A stretch of DNA of 64,000 nucleotides from Deltaproteobacteria bacterium. GTDB taxonomy: Bacteria > Desulfobacterota > Deferrimicrobia > Deferrimicrobiales > Deferrimicrobiaceae. The stretch is from positions 1,666,614-1,730,613 of the forward strand of contig CP070783.1 in NCBI GenBank assembly GCA_020346465.1, written 5' to 3'. The notes under the pieces are model-generated. The model had not been told where the DNA came from, made no database searches, and was given only the letters and a program-made list of their open reading frames with translations. Position 1 is the first letter of the stretch, and each line of letters starts with the position of its first letter. Positions 1 through 10,998 of this stretch are shown piece by piece. The position numbers were made by a program, and so were the translations under genes.

Positions 1-853
1 GGGCGGCGTGCCCGCCCTCCCTGCCCCAGAGCATGTGGGCCGTCCCCGCGAAGGCGCCGCACGCCAGATACAGGAGAAGAAAGGGGAGCCACCCCATCCG
101 GTCCTCGACGTTGTCGGCCAGGACGAGCAGAAAGAGGGCCCCGGCGGCGAGCGGGACCACCCCTGCGTGCAGGAACGGGAAGAAGAGGAGATCGAAAAGG
201 GGGACGTTTTGGAATCCCGCCCCCGAAGGCAGACCGGGAAGCCCCCCGGGAAGCGCGATCGGCCCCCCGCCCATCCGGGCGAACAGATACACGCCCAGGG
301 TGAGCCCGATCAGCAGCCAGGTCGCGACGGGAAACGAGGTGACCGCCGGCCCGTCGTCCCCAAGCGGCACGACGACCGGAAGAGGGATCTGCCCGTCGGA
401 CGCGCGCATGGCGGGACCGTGGGAAAGCTCCATCCGGCGCTTCGTCGCCCCGGCGAGCGACTCCCCCAGCCGGGCGTACGTTTCCCCGTGCTCCCGGGCG
501 AACCGGAACTTTGCGGAAATCGCCGCCGCGGACCGGCGGGTCGCGAGATACCCGCGGCAATCCCGGCAGCGGATGACCGCAATCCCCGTCGTCTGGAAGT
601 CGATCGCCCCCATCCCGCCGCCGCACCGCGGGCAGGAGAGCGACGCCGCCCTCCGGTGCATCCTTCGAAGGAGTCCCTCCGGTGCGTCGTGCGGCGTTTC
701 CTCCCCGGGGTCCGCCGCCAGGCGCCCTTCCGTGAGCTCGCGGACCTCCCCGTAGTCGAACCACAGGGCGCCGCAGGCGAGGCACCGGTCGATCTCCTTC
801 TCCCCCGCAACCACCCGGCGCATGGAGGATATCCGGCAGAACGGGCACTCCAT
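1..853 (-). CDS. Rhomboid-family membrane protein with two N-terminal CxxC zinc-ribbon modules (3' end outside window)
   Basis: Not in the ORF track; translated by hand from ATG 853: MECPFCRISS...DRCLACGALWFDYGE...CPRCGGGM...CRDCRG, then hydrophobic helices with PFLHAG...ADNVEDRMG (rhomboid TM1-TM2 region). Confidence 0.75.
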   Translation of the reverse strand, partial: MECPFCRISSMRRVVAGEKEIDRCLACGALWFDYGEVRELTEGRLAADPGEETPHDAPEGLLRRMHRRAASLSCPRCGGGMGAIDFQTTGIAVIRCRDCRGYLATRRSAAAISAKFRFAREHGETYARLGESLAGATKRRMELSHGPAMRASDGQIPLPVVVPLGDDGPAVTSFPVATWLLIGLTLGVYLFARMGGGPIALPGGLPGLPSGAGFQNVPLFDLLFFPFLHAGVVPLAAGALFLLVLADNVEDRMGWLPFLLLYLACGAFAGTAHMLWGREGGHAA

Positions 854-951
854 CGGCCCAGTATAGCCGGGGCAGAGGAGCCAGTGCGAGTCTTTCACGG
901 CCCCTCCGGTGCTATAGTGGCAGGAAGAGCTGCCTGCGTCGGGAGGTTTGC

Positions 952-1560
952 TTGGACGAGCTGCGCGTGATCGCTGCGTGGACGGCGTTTGCGGTCTTTC
1001 ACAGCCTGACCGTTTCGGAAGGGTACGAGCGGCTGGTCCGCCGGTGGATGGGATCGCGCGCGTTCGACGCGTACCACCGCCTTCTCTTCACCGCGTATTC
1101 CGTCTGTGCATTCCTCGTGCTCGTTTTCTACCTGCGGTCGCTGCCGGACAGTCCCTTGTACCGGCTGGAAAGCCCGGTCCGGCTTCTCTTCCACGCCGTC
1201 CAGCTGTGCGGCGTCGCCTTTCTTTTCTGGACGCCTTGGGACATCCGGGAGTTCGTCGGCATCCGCCAGTGGAAACGGCACCGGAGGGGGGAGCCGGCGG
1301 AACCGGGCCGGAACGATCGCCTCTTCGCGCACAAGGCGTACGGCGTCGTCCGCCACCCGCTCTATTTCGGAATCTCCGTGGTCCTTGCCTTCCACCCCGT
1401 GCAGAGCCGCAATACCTTCCTCTCCACGGTCCTGGTCGTTCTCTACTTCTACGTCGGGACATTCTTCGAGGAACACCGGATGGTCCGAAAATTCGGGGAG
1501 GAGTATCGGAAATACCAGGAGAGAGTCCCCCGGTTCCTTCCGCTTCGTCGGCCCCGGTGA
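952..1560 (+). CDS. Isoprenylcysteine carboxyl methyltransferase/NnrU-like membrane protein
   Basis: Several TM helices; C-terminal AYGVVRHPLYFG...FFEEHRM...GEEYRKYQERVPRFLP motif. Confidence 0.75.
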   Translation: MDELRVIAAWTAFAVFHSLTVSEGYERLVRRWMGSRAFDAYHRLLFTAYSVCAFLVLVFYLRSLPDSPLYRLESPVRLLFHAVQLCGVAFLFWTPWDIREFVGIRQWKRHRRGEPAEPGRNDRLFAHKAYGVVRHPLYFGISVVLAFHPVQSRNTFLSTVLVVLYFYVGTFFEEHRMVRKFGEEYRKYQERVPRFLPLRRPR

Positions 1561-1634
1561 CGAATCCCCCCTGCAACCCGTGATATCAAACAGACGTGCG
1601 CGGTTTACGCGTTCGGAAGAGGGAGGGCCACGTC

Positions 1635-2258
1635 ATGGCAAAACCGGAGCTTCCGGTGACCGTGTTCTCCGATTACATCTGCCCGTTCTGCTACATAGGG
1701 GACAGGCGGCTGGCGCGGCTGGCGGAGCATTACGACCTGAACGTCGACTGGCGCTTCCTCGAGATCCACCCGGAGACGCCCCCCGAGGGGATGCCGCTGT
1801 CGGAACTGGGATACCCGCCGGAACAGTGGCGGCAGATGATGGCAAATCTCTCCCGGATGGCGGGCGAGGAGAAGATCCCCCTCGCCGAACGGGAGATCAC
1901 GACGAACTCCCGCAAGGCGCTGCTTCTCGCCGAGGCGGCGAAGGAAGTTGGGCCGGAGGTCTTCTGCGCCCTCAACGAGAAGCTTTTCGCGGCGTTCTTC
2001 GGAGAGGGGCGAAACATCGGCGACGACGCCGTCCTCCGGAAGCTGGCGGATGAGGCGGGGGTGCCGGCCGATCTCGTGGAGCGGGCGTGGGGGGATCCGG
2101 CCTACGGGGAGACGCTGAGCGCGAACCAGGCCGCCGCCGCGCAGCTGGGGATCACGGGGGTTCCCACCTTTCTCATCGGGAAGCGGATCCTGGTGGGCGC
2201 CGTCCCCGCGGAGGCGCTGCTTGCCGCGGCCCGGGAGGCCCGCCCCCCCGCACCCTGA
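1635..2258 (+). CDS. DsbA-family oxidoreductase (FrnE-like)
   Basis: VFSDYICPFCYIG active site, GITGVPTFLI cis-Pro motif; start moved to MAKPEL after GGAGG. Confidence 0.85.
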   Translation: MAKPELPVTVFSDYICPFCYIGDRRLARLAEHYDLNVDWRFLEIHPETPPEGMPLSELGYPPEQWRQMMANLSRMAGEEKIPLAEREITTNSRKALLLAEAAKEVGPEVFCALNEKLFAAFFGEGRNIGDDAVLRKLADEAGVPADLVERAWGDPAYGETLSANQAAAAQLGITGVPTFLIGKRILVGAVPAEALLAAAREARPPAP

Positions 2259-2284
2259 CGGGATCTGGGAAAGGACGCTTGCCG

Positions 2285-2890
2285 CTATCCGGAAAGCTTC
2301 GCGGCGATCGAGGCCGCGTACTTCCCCTGGAAACGCGCCGCGGCCAGCTCGTTTTCGCTCGGCGTCCGGTCTCCCCCGGCGACGGTGGACGCCCCGTAGG
2401 GGGATCCGCCGGTGATCTCGTCCATGCGCATCTGTCCCTCGAACGCGTACGGCAGCCCCGCCACGATCATCCCCAGGTGCAGCAGGGTGATGTGGAAGCT
2501 CAGGATCGTCGACTCCTGGCCGCCGTGCTGGGTGTTCGAGCTGGCGAAGACGCTGCCCACCTTGCCGACGAGCGCCCCCTTCGTCCAGAGCTTTCCCGCG
2601 GCGTCGAGGAACTGGCGCATCTGGCCGCACATGTTGCCGAACCGGGTGGGGGTGCCGAAGAGGACCGCGTCCGCCTCCCCCAGCTCGGCCACAGTGCAGA
2701 CCGGCACGTGGGCGAACGCCTTCTGGGGCTCCACCGCCCCCATCTTCTGCAGGACCTCCTGGGGCAGGGTCTCCGGAACGCGCCGCAATACCGCCTCCGC
2801 CCCCGGCACCTCCTTCACCCCTTCCGCGACCGCCTCCGCCATCCTGTAGACGTGGCCGTACATGGAGTAGAACACCACCAGGACCTTCAT
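2285..2890 (-). CDS. wrbA: NAD(P)H:quinone oxidoreductase WrbA
   Basis: [44 protein letters not shown]; 3' part of track ORF 2285..4357. Confidence 0.93.
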   Translation of the reverse strand: MKVLVVFYSMYGHVYRMAEAVAEGVKEVPGAEAVLRRVPETLPQEVLQKMGAVEPQKAFAHVPVCTVAELGEADAVLFGTPTRFGNMCGQMRQFLDAAGKLWTKGALVGKVGSVFASSNTQHGGQESTILSFHITLLHLGMIVAGLPYAFEGQMRMDEITGGSPYGASTVAGGDRTPSENELAAARFQGKYAASIAAKLSG

Positions 2891-2985
2891 CGCCCGTACC
2901 TCCCTGTTTCCGTCTCTTGTCTCTCCTATACCACGGATGAGCTCCTCACGGGTTCGATTCCGGAAAGGAGGACCCCGGAAAGAGG

Positions 2986-3084
2986 CGAGGCGGCCTGTGG
3001 AGCGAGGAAGGATAGGCTTCGACCGGAACCGGCAGCGGGCGGGCGAAGGTCGCGAGCGTAGCCGAGCGGACTCCCCCGCGAGCC
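2986..3084. repeat. Dispersed ~100-nt intergenic repeat, copy 1
   Basis: GCGGCCTGTGGAGCG-N19-CGGAACCGGCAGCGGGCGGGCGAAGGTCGCGAGCGTAGC...CCGCGAGCC, also at 6352-6466 and, inverted, at 28554-28666. Confidence 0.9.
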
Positions 3085-3195
3085 AGGGGCCCCGGCCGGA
3101 GGATGCCTCGGCCGGAAGCGGCCTCGCAGCGGTGCGCACGGGAACGACACGGGCCAGGGGATGAAAAGTTTTAAGAACGTCCCCGGTTTGGAAAG

Positions 3196-4671
3196 TTACA
3201 TGAGCATGGAGAGGACGGAGCGCTCGGCGATCTCGAGCACGGAGCGGGGGAGGACCCCCAGGACGACCACGACGGCCGCGGAGGCGCACAGGGCCATCGA
3301 GAAGAGGATGCGCGGCGGGCGGGGGACCGGCACCTCGCCCTCCGCCGGGACCATGTACATGGCGACGACCAGCCGCAGGTAGTAGTAGATGGAGGCGGCG
3401 CTGTTGAGCACCCCGATGACCGCCAGCCAGATGTAGCCGTTTTTCACCGCGGCGCTGAAGAGGTAGAACTTCCCGACGAACCCGGCCGTCGGGGGGATCC
3501 CGCCGAGGGAGACCAGGAAGAGGGTGAGGAGGGCCCCCAGCGCCGGATACCGGAAGCCGATCCCCTTCAGGTGCGCGATGTCGTACCCCTCGTCCTCCTT
3601 CCGGGCGATGAGGATCACGACGCCGAACGCGCCCATGTTCATGAAGGCGTACACCAGCAGGTAGAACAGGGAGGCCTGCCCGCCGAGGACGTCGCCGGAG
3701 ACGAGACCGACCAGGACGTACCCGGCGTGGGCGATCGAGGAGTAGGCGAGCAGCCGTTTCACGTTGTCCTGCACGAGCGCCGAGAGGTTCCCCACGGTCA
3801 TCGTCAGCACGGCCAGGGCCCAGAGGACCTTCCACAGGACGGGCTGCATGCCGGGGAGGGCCACCAGGAGGACCCGGATGAGCGCGGCGAAGGCGGCCGC
3901 CTTGACCGCGGCGGACATGAAGGCGGTGACCACCGTCGGGGCTCCCTCGTACGCGTCCGGAGTCCACATGTGGAAGGGGACCAGCGACACCTTGAAGGCG
4001 AACCCCACCAGGAGCAGGCCCGCCCCGACGAGGAAGAGCGGGCTCGCCAGGATCCGCGGGTCGTAGAGCATCGTCGCCAGGATGGGGATCTTCGTCGTTC
4101 CGGTCGCCGCGTAGATCAGGGCGATGCCGTACAGGAGGAACCCCGAGGCGAAGGCCCCGAGGAGGAAATATTTCAGGGCGCCCTCGATCGAGGACATCCG
4201 GTTGCGGTGGAACCCGACGAGGACGTAGATCGGGATCGACAGCGTCTCCAGCCCGAGGAAGACCGTCATCAGGTCGGTCCCCTTGGCCATGAACATCATC
4301 CCCGACGTGGAGAGCAGGAGGAGCGCGTAGAACTCCCCCTTGTGCGTCGCCTCCCACTCGGAGTAGCCGGTCGCCATCATCAGGGTGAGGGCGCAGGCGG
4401 CGAGGATGACGACGTCGAAAAAGGCGCCCATCCCGTCGTGGACGATCATCCCGGAGAACCCCTCGATCCTCCCCTGCCCGAGGGCGACCACGGAGAACAG
4501 GGCGACGACGATGCCGACGAGACTGGCGCCGCAGAGAAGGTTCTTCCTCTCCTCGGGGATCGCCAGGTCGAGGAGGAGGACGAAGAGCGCCGTCGCGACC
4601 ACGGCGATCTCGGGGAGGATGCTGGTGACGCTCGTCAGCAGCGCCCCGCCGTCAATGGCCAGCGGTGCCAT
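3196..4671 (-). CDS. nuoN: NADH-quinone oxidoreductase subunit N (14-subunit cassette)
   Basis: [53 protein letters not shown]. Confidence 0.93.
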   Translation of the reverse strand: MAPLAIDGGALLTSVTSILPEIAVVATALFVLLLDLAIPEERKNLLCGASLVGIVVALFSVVALGQGRIEGFSGMIVHDGMGAFFDVVILAACALTLMMATGYSEWEATHKGEFYALLLLSTSGMMFMAKGTDLMTVFLGLETLSIPIYVLVGFHRNRMSSIEGALKYFLLGAFASGFLLYGIALIYAATGTTKIPILATMLYDPRILASPLFLVGAGLLLVGFAFKVSLVPFHMWTPDAYEGAPTVVTAFMSAAVKAAAFAALIRVLLVALPGMQPVLWKVLWALAVLTMTVGNLSALVQDNVKRLLAYSSIAHAGYVLVGLVSGDVLGGQASLFYLLVYAFMNMGAFGVVILIARKEDEGYDIAHLKGIGFRYPALGALLTLFLVSLGGIPPTAGFVGKFYLFSAAVKNGYIWLAVIGVLNSAASIYYYLRLVVAMYMVPAEGEVPVPRPPRILFSMALCASAAVVVVLGVLPRSVLEIAERSVLSMLM

Positions 4672-6253
4672 CGGCCCCTCCCTTCCCCACGTCGAAGTAG
4701 CGGGCGACCAGCGTCTCCCCGGGGGGGGAGTCGGCGAGCGCCGCCTGGCGCTTCGCCTCGATCCGGGCCACGAGGGCCGTGACCGAGGCGTCCATCTTCC
4801 GGAGGAACGTCTGGGGGTAGACGCCGATCCAGAAGACGAAGACGATCAGGGGCAGCATGTAGGCCACCTCCCGGGCGTTCATGTCCGGAAGATGCCGGTT
4901 CTTCTCGTTCGTGATCGTGCCGAACATCACCCGCTGGTACATCCAGAGCAGGTAGACCGCCGCGAAGATGACGCCGCTGGCCGCCACCACCGTGAGCGCC
5001 CTCATCGGCCGGAACGCCCCCACCAGGATGAGGAACTCCCCGACGAAGCCGTTCAGGCCCGGCAGGCCGATCGAGGAGAGCGTGATGACCATGAAGCAGG
5101 CGGCGTACAGGGGAACCACCCGGGACAGCCCGCCGTACTCCGAGATGAGGCGGGTGTGTCGCCTCTCGTAGAGGATCCCGACCAGGAGGAAGAGGGCCCC
5201 CGTCGAGATGCCGTGGTTGACCATCTGGAGGATCCCCCCCTCGATCCCCTGGACGTTGAAGGCGAACAGCCCGAGCATCACGAAGCCGAGGTGGGCCACG
5301 GAGGAGTACGCCACCAGCTTCTTGATGTCCTTCTGGACCATCGCCACGAAGGCCCCGTAGAGGATCCCGATGACCGCGAGCGTCGCCAGGAGGGGCGTCA
5401 GGTCCACCGCGGCCACGGGAAAGAGGGGGATCGCGAAGCGCAGGAACCCGTACGTCCCCATCTTCAGGAGGACCGCCGCCAGGATGACCGACCCCGCCGT
5501 GGGGGCGTCCACGTGGGCGTCGGGCAACCACGTGTGGAACGGGAACATCGGGACCTTGAAGGCGAACGCCAGCGCGAAGGCCGCGAACATCCAGAACTGG
5601 AGCTTCACGGGGATCACGAGCTCGGCCATCGCCAGGAGGTCGGTGGAGTAGACCCCGGTCACCGCGTAATGGTGGAAATAGAGCGCGATGATGGCGACCA
5701 GCATGAGCACCGAGCCCGCGAAGGTGAACAGGAAGAACTTGATCGCCGAGTAGATGCGCCGGTCGCTCCCCCACACCCCGATCAGGAAGTACATCGGGAT
5801 GAGGACGAGCTCCCAGAAGATGTAGAACAGGAAGAGGTCGACCGCGAGGAACACCCCCACCATCCCGACCTCGAGGAGGAGCATGAAGATCATGAACTCC
5901 TTCACGTGCTTCTCGACGGACGTGTAGGTGGACAGGATCGTGATGGGCATCAGGAACGTGGTCAGCATCAGGAGCCACAGGGAGATGCCGTCCACCCCCA
6001 CGTGGTAGCTGATCCCGTACTGCGGGATCCAGGGGACCTTCTCGACGAACTGCATCGCGGCGGTCGACCCGTCGAACAGGATCGCCACGGGGAGGGAGAG
6101 GAGAAAGTCCGCGAGCGTCAGGACGAAGGCCGTGTTCCGCAGGAGCCTCTTGTTCTCCTTCGGGAGGAAGATGAGCAGGAACGCCCCGGCGAGAGGGAGG
6201 AAGATCAGCACGCTCAGCAGGTGCGTCATCAGTGGCTGCGGCAGGGAGGTCAT
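4652..6253 (-). CDS. nuoM: NADH-quinone oxidoreductase subunit M (14-subunit cassette)
   Basis: VGVDGISL, FWELVLIPMYFLIGVWG, FKVPMFPFHTWLPDAHVDAPT; start uncertain (6253 or 6229). Confidence 0.93.
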   Translation of the reverse strand: MTSLPQPLMTHLLSVLIFLPLAGAFLLIFLPKENKRLLRNTAFVLTLADFLLSLPVAILFDGSTAAMQFVEKVPWIPQYGISYHVGVDGISLWLLMLTTFLMPITILSTYTSVEKHVKEFMIFMLLLEVGMVGVFLAVDLFLFYIFWELVLIPMYFLIGVWGSDRRIYSAIKFFLFTFAGSVLMLVAIIALYFHHYAVTGVYSTDLLAMAELVIPVKLQFWMFAAFALAFAFKVPMFPFHTWLPDAHVDAPTAGSVILAAVLLKMGTYGFLRFAIPLFPVAAVDLTPLLATLAVIGILYGAFVAMVQKDIKKLVAYSSVAHLGFVMLGLFAFNVQGIEGGILQMVNHGISTGALFLLVGILYERRHTRLISEYGGLSRVVPLYAACFMVITLSSIGLPGLNGFVGEFLILVGAFRPMRALTVVAASGVIFAAVYLLWMYQRVMFGTITNEKNRHLPDMNAREVAYMLPLIVFVFWIGVYPQTFLRKMDASVTALVARIEAKRQAALADSPPGETLVARYFDVGKGGADGTAGH

Positions 6254-6351
6254 CGGCACACGCTCATGGTGCGGCGTCTCGCAAATGGCTTGGCACACCG
6301 ATCCGCCACCGGGACAGCCCGGGACAGGCGGCCATTCCGCGCACAGGGTGC

Positions 6352-6466
6352 TGCGGGGGGATCCTCGACGCGGCCTGTGGAGCGGGAGAGAAATGGCGTC
6401 GGGCGGAACCGGCAGCGGGCGGGCGCAAGGTCGCGAGCGTAGCGGCGAGGAAGCCCCCCGCGAGCC
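6352..6466. repeat. Dispersed ~100-nt intergenic repeat, copy 2 (between nuoL and nuoM)
   Basis: Same two conserved blocks and same 33-nt block offset as copies 1 and 3; shares an extra TGCGGGGGGWTCC flank with copy 3. Confidence 0.9.
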
Positions 6467-6532
6467 CGTGCGACCGACTCGTCGGTCAATGTGTTTCCGG
6501 GACGCACCACGAGGAATCTCCCTTCACCGTTC

Positions 6533-8569
6533 TTACGGCCAGATCAGGAACCCGACGACGATCACCGCCCCCAGGAGCAGGGAGAGGGCATAGCTTCCCA
6601 CCACGCCGGTCTGCAGGCGCCTCGCCCGCTCGCCCGCGCCCCGGACGAGCGCCCCGACGCCGTTGACGATCCCGTCGATGAACGTCGCGTCGAAGGCCTC
6701 CCACAGCCAGACGGATCCGTTCACGATCCTGCGCACGATGGCGGCGTCGTAGATCTCGTCCACGTAATACTTGTTGAGCACCACGTCGTAGAGGCCCGGC
6801 ACCCTGCCGGCGATCTCCTTCGGCACCCCCGGGCGGGCCCGGTACAGGTACCAGGCGAGCCCGATCCCGCACAGCGCCACGCCCACCGAGCCGGCCATGA
6901 GGAGGTACTCGAGCGCGAGGGAGTGGTGCCCGCCGCCGTGGGCCGCCCCTTCCGTTCCGTGCCCGAAGACGGGGGCGAGCCACGCCTCGAAGTAGTTGTG
7001 CCCCCCCAGCGCCTCGGGGATGCCGATCCAGCCGCCGGCCACCGACAGGACGGCGAGGAGCATGAGCGGAACGGTCATCGAGTACGGGGACTCGTGGACG
7101 TGCCGCTCCACGTCGGGGTCCATCCGCGAATCCCCGAAGAAGGTCAGGAACACCAGGCGGAACATGTAGAACGCGGTGATCCCGGCGGCGGCGGTCCCGA
7201 CCGCCCAGAGCGCCGCGTGCCCGTGCCCCGAGGAGAACGACTTCCACAGGATCTCGTCCTTGGAGAAGAACCCGGACAGCCCCGGGATCCCCGAGATCGC
7301 CAGCGTGGCGATGAACATGGTGGTGAACGTGACCGGCAGGCGCTTCTTGAGCGATCCCATCTTCCGCATGTCCTGCTCGCCGGAGAGGGCGTGGATCACC
7401 GACCCCGAGCCCAGGAACAGGAGCGCCTTGAAGAAGGCGTGCGTCATCAGGTGGAAGATCCCCGCGGCGAAGGCGCCGACGCCGCAGGCCAGGAACATGT
7501 ACCCCAGCTGGGAGACGGTGGAGTACGCCAGCACCCGCTTGATGTCGTTCTGGGTGATCCCGATGGTCGCGGAGAAGATGGCGGTCGCCGCCCCCACCAC
7601 CGCCACCACCGCCATCGAGGTCGGCGCCAGAAGGTAGAGGGCGCTCGTCCGGGCGACCATGTAGACCCCGGCGGTGACCATCGTGGCCGCGTGGATCAGC
7701 GCGGAGACGGGGGTGGGCCCCTCCATCGCGTCCGGCAGCCAGACGTAGAGGGGGATCTGCGCCGACTTCCCCGTGGCCCCCACGAAGAGGAGCAGGGTGA
7801 TCGCGGTGGCGATTCCCGTCGTCAGGACGCCGCGTTCCGATAGGACGGGGATCCGGGCGAAGACCTCGGTGTAGTCGACCGAGCCGAAGGTCCAGAAGAT
7901 GAGGAAGATGGCGACGAGGAACCCGAAGTCGCCCACCCGGTTCACGACGAAGGCCTTCTTTCCCGCGTCGGCGGCGCTCTTCTTCTCGTACCAGTACCCG
8001 ATCAGCAGGTAGGAGCACAGGCCCACCCCCTCCCACCCGACGAACATGACGAGGAAGTTGCTCCCGAGGACGAGCAGAAGCATCGCGAAGGTGAAGAGGT
8101 TGAGGTAGACGAAGTAGCGCGCGAAGGCCTTCTCGTGGGACATGTATCCGACGGAGTAGACGTGGATGAGGAAGCCGACGCCGGTGACCACCAGGATCAT
8201 CACGGCGGAGAGCGGGTCGAGCTGAAGGGCGGCCGGGGCCTGGAACGTCCCCGCCTGGACCCACGGGAAAAGGACCTGGACGAAGAGCCGGTCGTGGGCC
8301 GGGCGCGCGGCCAGGGCGAGGACGGCCAGGACCGAGACGGCGAAGGAGGCCCCCACCACCGCGGGGCCGAGGAACGCGACCAGTTTCCGGTACGGCGGGG
8401 AGGCGTGGTGACCGTGGGCGTCGCCGGCGCCGTGCCCCCCCTCTCCGTGGGCGTTCTCCCGGAGGAGGACCGGGCGCTCGGCGAACAGCGCGATCGCGCT
8501 GTTGACGATCACCCCCAGGAGAGGGAGCGCGGGCACGAGCCAGAGATATTGGAGGATCCCGCCTACCAT
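6533..8569 (-). CDS. nuoL: NADH-quinone oxidoreductase subunit L (14-subunit cassette)
   Basis: [48 protein letters not shown]; lateral helix NKYY..QTG = 57 aa. Confidence 0.95.
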   Translation of the reverse strand: MVGGILQYLWLVPALPLLGVIVNSAIALFAERPVLLRENAHGEGGHGAGDAHGHHASPPYRKLVAFLGPAVVGASFAVSVLAVLALAARPAHDRLFVQVLFPWVQAGTFQAPAALQLDPLSAVMILVVTGVGFLIHVYSVGYMSHEKAFARYFVYLNLFTFAMLLLVLGSNFLVMFVGWEGVGLCSYLLIGYWYEKKSAADAGKKAFVVNRVGDFGFLVAIFLIFWTFGSVDYTEVFARIPVLSERGVLTTGIATAITLLLFVGATGKSAQIPLYVWLPDAMEGPTPVSALIHAATMVTAGVYMVARTSALYLLAPTSMAVVAVVGAATAIFSATIGITQNDIKRVLAYSTVSQLGYMFLACGVGAFAAGIFHLMTHAFFKALLFLGSGSVIHALSGEQDMRKMGSLKKRLPVTFTTMFIATLAISGIPGLSGFFSKDEILWKSFSSGHGHAALWAVGTAAAGITAFYMFRLVFLTFFGDSRMDPDVERHVHESPYSMTVPLMLLAVLSVAGGWIGIPEALGGHNYFEAWLAPVFGHGTEGAAHGGGHHSLALEYLLMAGSVGVALCGIGLAWYLYRARPGVPKEIAGRVPGLYDVVLNKYYVDEIYDAAIVRRIVNGSVWLWEAFDATFIDGIVNGVGALVRGAGERARRLQTGVVGSYALSLLLGAVIVVGFLIWP

Positions 8570-8865
8570 TTCAGCACGCTCAGTTCCGTGATGTCGATCG
8601 TCTCCTTCAGGCGGTAGATCGCGATCAGGATCGCCAGCCCCACCGCGGCCTCGGCCGCCGCGACGGTCATGACCATGAAGGCGAACACCCCCCCCGTGAC
8701 GTCGCCCAGGTAGGACCCGATCGCGATGAAGGCGACGTTGACGGCGTTGAGCATGATCTCCACGCTCATGAGGATGATGAGCGCGTTCTTGCGCGCCACC
8801 ACCCCCGTCACGCCGATCCCGAACAGGATCCCGGAGAGGAGCAGGTATGCCGACGGTTCCATCAT
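8563..8865 (-). CDS. nuoK: NADH-quinone oxidoreductase subunit K
   Basis: [24 protein letters not shown]. Confidence 0.93.
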   Translation of the reverse strand: MMEPSAYLLLSGILFGIGVTGVVARKNALIILMSVEIMLNAVNVAFIAIGSYLGDVTGGVFAFMVMTVAAAEAAVGLAILIAIYRLKETIDITELSVLKW

Positions 8866-8908
8866 GCCAACGGTCTCCGCTTGGGGTGCGCCTTCGTCCC
8901 GCGCACCG

Positions 8909-9397
8909 TCAGATCTTCTTCTTCGCCAGCGCGATCGCCCCGATCACGGCGGCCAGGAGCAGGACCGAGGTGACCTCGAAGGCGAGGAGGTAGTCGGTGA
9001 ACAGCGCGCGTCCCACCGCCTCGACGGAGCCGGAGTCCGCGGCGGGCGTCCCGGCCAGCCCGAAGCGGCGGGCCACCAGGGCCCCCTCGAGGATGAGCAG
9101 TCCCGCGACGATGACCGCCAGGAAGCGCACCCCCGTCAGGCGCTCCACCGGCAGGCGGCTCTCGGGCACGTTGATCAGCATGATGACGAAGATGAACAGG
9201 ACGACCACCGCGCCCGCGTAGACGATGACCTGGATCGCCGCGAGGAAGTGGGCCTGCCGCAGGACGAACAGCGCCGCGACGGCGAAGAGGGTGAGGATCA
9301 GGTAGAGCGCCGAGGCCAGGGGGTGCCGCCGCGTGACCACCATGATCGAGCCGCCCACCGCGATGGCGCCGAAGACGATGAAGAGGATCGGTTCCAT
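8909..9397 (-). CDS. nuoJ: NADH-quinone oxidoreductase subunit J
   Basis: [35 protein letters not shown]. Confidence 0.93.
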   Translation of the reverse strand: MEPILFIVFGAIAVGGSIMVVTRRHPLASALYLILTLFAVAALFVLRQAHFLAAIQVIVYAGAVVVLFIFVIMLINVPESRLPVERLTGVRFLAVIVAGLLILEGALVARRFGLAGTPAADSGSVEAVGRALFTDYLLAFEVTSVLLLAAVIGAIALAKKKI

Positions 9398-9404
9398 GGG
9401 CCCC

Positions 9405-9890
9405 CTATTTCTCCAGCAGCATGTCGATCGTGTAGATGAGCTTCTCCCGGGTGTGCTCCGGCGGCGTGAACCACCCGGTGTCCATCCGGATCGCGTCGCA
9501 GGGGCACGCCTCCACGCAATGCCCGCAGAAGACGCACCGGAGCATGTCGATGTCGAACCGCACCGGGTACTTCTCGACCGCCGGGTCGGGGGACTCCCCC
9601 GCGACGATGGTGATGCACACCGCGGGGCACGCGGTGGCGCAGCAGTAGCACGCCACGCACCGGGGCGTCCCGTCGGGCCGCCTCATCAGCCGGTGCAGGC
9701 CGCGGAACCGGGGGGGCATCACCCTCCGGACCTCGGGATACTCGATCGTGGCGATGTTCTCCTGCCGGAAGACGTTCCGGACGAGGTGCCCCATCGTCAC
9801 CCCGAGCCCCCGCAGGATCTCCAGGAGGTAGAGGGTCTCCCCCCCGGACATCTGCCGGGGCCGCGCGACCTTTTTCACTCCGATCGCCAT
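9405..9890 (-). CDS. nuoI: NADH-quinone oxidoreductase subunit I
   Basis: RFRGLH; two ferredoxin motifs [12 protein letters not shown] and [12 protein letters not shown]. Confidence 0.93.
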   Translation of the reverse strand: MAIGVKKVARPRQMSGGETLYLLEILRGLGVTMGHLVRNVFRQENIATIEYPEVRRVMPPRFRGLHRLMRRPDGTPRCVACYCCATACPAVCITIVAGESPDPAVEKYPVRFDIDMLRCVFCGHCVEACPCDAIRMDTGWFTPPEHTREKLIYTIDMLLEK

Positions 9891-9897
9891 CGTTTCC

Positions 9898-10998
9898 TCA
9901 CGCGCCTCCGCCGATCAGGAGCAGGACAAGCCCCGTCACGAAGATGTTTGCCAGGGACAGGGGCAAGAGCACCTTCCACCCCAGGCGCATCACCTGGTCG
10001 TACCGGAACCGGGGGATCGTCCACCGGACCCAGATGAAGAGCCATGCGAAGAAGAGCAGCTTCCCCACGAACGCCCCGATCCGCAGGAGAAGCACGAGGG
10101 GACCGGGGAGCCCGAGGGCCGCCCCTCCGGGGAGCACGAAGCCGGAGTCGGCGAGGTAGGGGACCTGCCAGCCGCCGAAGAACAGCGTCGCGATCAGGGC
10201 GGAGCCGACCACCATGTGGACGTACTCGGCCATGAAGAAGATCGAGAACTTGAAGGAGCCGTACTCCGTGTGGAACCCCGCGACGATCTCCGACTCCCCC
10301 TCCGGGAGGTCGAAGGGGGTCCGGTTCGCCTCCGCGTAGACCGCCACGAGGAAGAGGAGGAATCCGAGCGGCTGCACGAACACGCCCCACTTCGGCACGA
10401 TCCCCCACAGGAGCGTCCCCTGGGAGGCCACGATCTCCGAGAGACGGACCGACCGGAAGACCATGACCAGGCCGATGATGGAGAGCCCGAGGGAGACCTC
10501 GTAGGAGATCATCTGCGCCGAGGAGCGCAGTCCCCCCAGGAGGGGATACTTGCTGTTGGAGGCCCACCCCGCCAGGATCACGCCGTAGACCGCCAGCCCG
10601 GAGATGGCGAAGATGTAGAGGATCCCCACGTTCAGGTCCGCCACCTGCAGGGCGACCTCGCGGCCCGCGATCACGACCGGCGGCCCGACGGGGACGACGG
10701 CGAAGGTCATCAGCGCCGGGGCCAGGGCGAACATCGGGGCCATCTGGTAGAAGAGCCGGTGGGCGCCGTCGGGGATGAAGTCCTCCTTGAACAGGAGCTT
10801 GAGCGCGTCGGCAAGGGGGTGGAAGAGGCCCCCGAGCGTCAGCCCCAGGATCTTCGCCCGGTTGGGGCCGCGGCGGTCCTGGATGTAGGCCGCGCCCTTG
10901 CGCTCCGCCCACACGAGGATCGGGACGAGGGAGAGGGTGAAGGCGAGCATCACCGCCACCCGCACCACGGAGACCACGAGGTCGAACAGCCCGCTCAT
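9898..10998 (-). CDS. nuoH: NADH-quinone oxidoreductase subunit H
   Basis: [50 protein letters not shown]; start MSGLF overlaps nuoG stop. Confidence 0.93.
   Translation of the reverse strand: MSGLFDLVVSVVRVAVMLAFTLSLVPILVWAERKGAAYIQDRRGPNRAKILGLTLGGLFHPLADALKLLFKEDFIPDGAHRLFYQMAPMFALAPALMTFAVVPVGPPVVIAGREVALQVADLNVGILYIFAISGLAVYGVILAGWASNSKYPLLGGLRSSAQMISYEVSLGLSIIGLVMVFRSVRLSEIVASQGTLLWGIVPKWGVFVQPLGFLLFLVAVYAEANRTPFDLPEGESEIVAGFHTEYGSFKFSIFFMAEYVHMVVGSALIATLFFGGWQVPYLADSGFVLPGGAALGLPGPLVLLLRIGAFVGKLLFFAWLFIWVRWTIPRFRYDQVMRLGWKVLLPLSLANIFVTGLVLLLIGGGA

Noticed and set aside
2946-2964. GGGTTCGATTCC resembling a tRNA T-loop
   Set aside because: The T-stem pairs poorly and there is no acceptor, D or anticodon arm
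2937-3164. Recurring peptide RPVER..RNRQRAG..R in three track ORFs
   Set aside because: Translation of the DNA repeat; the host ORFs lack RBS and coding signature, so no evidence of a protein
2891-4357. 5' extension of track ORF 2285..4357 and similar long extensions (9898..12435, 13870..16461, 23793..26282, 43279..46686, 47683..49230)
   Set aside because: Alternative-frame read-through in GC-rich DNA overlapping real genes; true starts placed by homology and RBS
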